A stretch of 59,946 nt of DNA, counting the filler. It is 3 parts of 3 records of this genome, joined end to end, with 100 filler letters (N's around TTAATTAATTAA, not from the genome) between each part and the next. Parts side by side here need not be neighbours in the genome. Positions count along the whole stretch, not along the records: positions 48,425 to 59,946 come from DRR723986_1325; 2 more parts are not named here. One strand, given 5' to 3'. The translations under genes and the position numbers were made by a program. Below the pieces are notes generated by a model. That model made no database searches and had not been told where the DNA came from. It saw only the letters and a list, made by a program, of their open reading frames with translations. How positions within the stretch are numbered: position 1 is the first letter of the stretch; every line of letters begins with the position of its first letter. Below, in pieces: positions 58,332 to 59,946 of this stretch.

Positions 58332-58766
58332 ATGGCAGGCGCTGACAACCGTAAAAACGGGCGCAATACGGATGGCACCTTCACCAAGGGCAACTCCGGA
58401 AAGCCACGCGGAGCACGCCACAAGGCGACCCAGGCAGCCCTTGCATTGATCGACGGCGAAGGCGAGGCCCTGATCCGCAAAGCGATCGACATGGCGCTGG
58501 AAGGTGACAGCGTTGCGCTCCGTCTTTGCCTGGAACGCCTGGCCCCTCCCCGCAAAGATGCGCCGGTTCGTTTCGCATTGCCCGTCATGGCAGGTGCTGA
58601 GAGCGCCGCATCCGCTATGGGCGCTATCCTTAGTGGCGTCGCCAATGGTGACCTTACACCCTCCGAGGCCAGAGCACTTGCGGGCTTGGTTGAAGGATAT
58701 CGCAAGGCGCTGGAAACAACGGAACTGGAAGCCCGTCTCAGGGCACTGGAGGAGCGGCAAGCATGA
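58332..58766 (+). CDS. DUF5681-like protein (putative small terminase-like)
   Basis: GTFTKGNSGKPRGARHK; KAIDMALEGD..ALRLCLER; ends ELEARLRALEER. Confidence 0.7.
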   Translation: MAGADNRKNGRNTDGTFTKGNSGKPRGARHKATQAALALIDGEGEALIRKAIDMALEGDSVALRLCLERLAPPRKDAPVRFALPVMAGAESAASAMGAILSGVANGDLTPSEARALAGLVEGYRKALETTELEARLRALEERQA

Positions 58767-58954
58767 ACTTGAAAGGACAGATAGTCCGCCTGGAGCGCAA
58801 ACATTGTCCTGATGGTGAGTTTGCGCATTTGTCAGATGCTGAACTGGTCACCCGTATCCAACATCTCGCAACGATACTGAACCAGTGCGGAGACCTTCCT
58901 TCGGAAATTGCAGCCCAGCTTCAGACGACCGGACTATGGGAAGCATCTCCGTGA
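58763..58954 (+). CDS. Mini-protein 1 of coupled array
   Basis: ATGA overlap; MNLKGQIVRLER. Confidence 0.7.
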   Translation: MNLKGQIVRLERKHCPDGEFAHLSDAELVTRIQHLATILNQCGDLPSEIAAQLQTTGLWEASP

Positions 58955-59178
58955 ACAGCATTGAACGCCGACTGAATGCAATTGAGAAGGTTTCGATCCA
59001 GCGCGGAAACGATGCTACAAGGATGAGTCAGTTCAGGGAACGCCTCGCCCGCGCCAAGGAGCGTTCGGGCCTTGCACAGCGAAGGTCAATCTGGGAGGAC
59101 GATCCACCACCGCCTGGGCTGAACCTTGCGGAGCTTCTGGATCTTGCGCGACGCCGGCATCGGGAGTGGCAAGAATGA
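58951..59178 (+). CDS. Mini-protein 2 of coupled array
   Basis: GTGA overlap; MNSIERRLNAIEK. Confidence 0.7.
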   Translation: MNSIERRLNAIEKVSIQRGNDATRMSQFRERLARAKERSGLAQRRSIWEDDPPPPGLNLAELLDLARRRHREWQE

Positions 59179-59423
59179 ACAGCATGGAAAGGCGCATGAA
59201 AGCGCTTGAAAAAAAAGCTGGGCCAAGTTGCGACGAGATGGACGTAACCATCGTTCGATTTGTTGCACCACTGCCTGACCTCACTGGCCCAGACCTAGAT
59301 ACACCCGCCAGCGGCTGGGCGATTATCCGCTCCGGCCCGAATGCTGGCATGACGCTGTATCCACATGAAGGAGAAACATGGGCGTCCTTTGAACAACGTG
59401 TCGATGAGGCGAAGGTCGCATGA
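59175..59423 (+). CDS. Mini-protein 3 of coupled array
   Basis: ATGA overlap; MNSMERRMKALEK. Confidence 0.7.
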   Translation: MNSMERRMKALEKKAGPSCDEMDVTIVRFVAPLPDLTGPDLDTPASGWAIIRSGPNAGMTLYPHEGETWASFEQRVDEAKVA

Positions 59424-59614
59424 CTATCAAGCACCGCTTAACCCGATTGGAGAAAGAGAACTCGCCCGTCTACCACTGCACCGAGGACATCCCGACGCCT
59501 GCGCTGGAGGCGATGGTCCGGAAGGCTTACCGGGAAGGAAACTACACGCCGGAGGAGGCTGCGCTGTATCGCAAGCTTGAAGATAGCGGCTTTGACCTTG
59601 GGGCGGCCCAGTGA
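59420..59614 (+). CDS. Mini-protein 4 of coupled array
   Basis: ATGA overlap; MTIKHRLTRLEK. Confidence 0.7.
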   Translation: MTIKHRLTRLEKENSPVYHCTEDIPTPALEAMVRKAYREGNYTPEEAALYRKLEDSGFDLGAAQ

Positions 59615-59820
59615 ACCTGAAGCCACGCATCGCCCGTCTTGAACGGAACGCGCCCGCGGTTCGGGCCGACGTGGATGCCCATATCGATGGCGTGGTAGCC
59701 GCAAGCCTGAAAGCCGCGTTCGAGCTATGGCCGGAAGAGATGGCGGAAGGCCTTAGTCCAGGGGAGCGCGCTATCCTTGCCCGACTGGAGCCTGACCTGC
59801 TGAGCCGGATTTGTCCGTAG
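59611..59820 (+). CDS. Mini-protein 5 of coupled array
   Basis: GTGA overlap; MNLKPRIARLER. Confidence 0.7.
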   Translation: MNLKPRIARLERNAPAVRADVDAHIDGVVAASLKAAFELWPEEMAEGLSPGERAILARLEPDLLSRICP

Positions 59821-59855
59821 CTGACCGCCCGAAATTGGGTGAGACTGGAGCATGT

Positions 59856-59877
59856 GGATGGGTATATGGATGGGTAG
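59856..59877 (+). promoter_or_regulatory. Integrase arm-type site pair
   Basis: GGATGGGTAT and GGATGGGTAG at a 12-bp period. Confidence 0.65.
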
Positions 59878-59930
59878 ACAACCCAATCCAAAAAAATTGT
59901 TGTTATATTCCAATTGGTTACACGGATAGG

Positions 59931-59946
59931 CTGGCGGAGAGGAAGG
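59931..59946 (-). tRNA. att core matching the 3' end of a tRNA-Ser (body presumably beyond the window)
   Basis: Reverse complement CCTTCCTCTCCGCCA: acceptor strand CCTCTCC, discriminator G, CCA; only the last 15 nt are visible. Confidence 0.6.

Larger units (their letters stand above)
48425..59946 (+). mobile_element. ~11.5 kb integrative element (phage-satellite-like) at a tRNA-Ser 3' end
   Basis: Terminal 16-bp direct repeats; integrase, xis, replication gene, DUF5681; no capsid, tail or T4SS genes recognised. Confidence 0.85.

Noticed and set aside
48425-59946. Intact prophage or ICE
   Set aside because: Both att sites are present, yet no structural, lysis, relaxase or T4SS genes lie between them

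Overview
Alphaproteobacterial DNA whose gene content fits the Rhodobacteraceae/roseobacter group. Three contigs are joined by artificial N-gap linkers carrying TTAATTAATTAA (29501-29600, 48325-48424), so adjacency across the gaps is not evidence. Contig 1 (1-29500) holds the end of a formate dehydrogenase operon, an NtrC-type regulator and sensor kinase separated by an ArsR/DMT cassette, and tupBCA. It continues with a decayed accessory patch (IS3 relic, pseudogenes, alkyl sulfatase, TolB/TPR protein, HlyC-type acyltransferase coupled to a VCBS-Hint protein), then tcuRAB, stcD-like demethylase, lldD, H-NOX plus hybrid kinase, trpA and ychF. Contig 2 (29601-48324) holds the ectC end, a cluster of SAM-cyclase-STAND-TPR protein, small 103-aa protein, YcaO and TfuA, then modABC, gapR-like, a persulfide dioxygenase/YeeE operon, FliM-like and an SLC5-kinase. 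Contig 3 (48425-59946) is a complete ~11.5 kb element bounded by 16-bp direct repeats matching a tRNA-Ser 3' end. It carries a P4-type integrase, Xis, VRR-NUC, DUF3987, an iteron-like array, envelope cargo, DUF5681 and five coupled mini-genes sharing a coiled-coil motif. The best candidates for undescribed systems are the cyclase-STAND/YcaO-TfuA cluster, the satellite-like element with its mini-gene array, and the acyltransferase-Hint pair. All calls come from motif recognition by eye; no searches were run.
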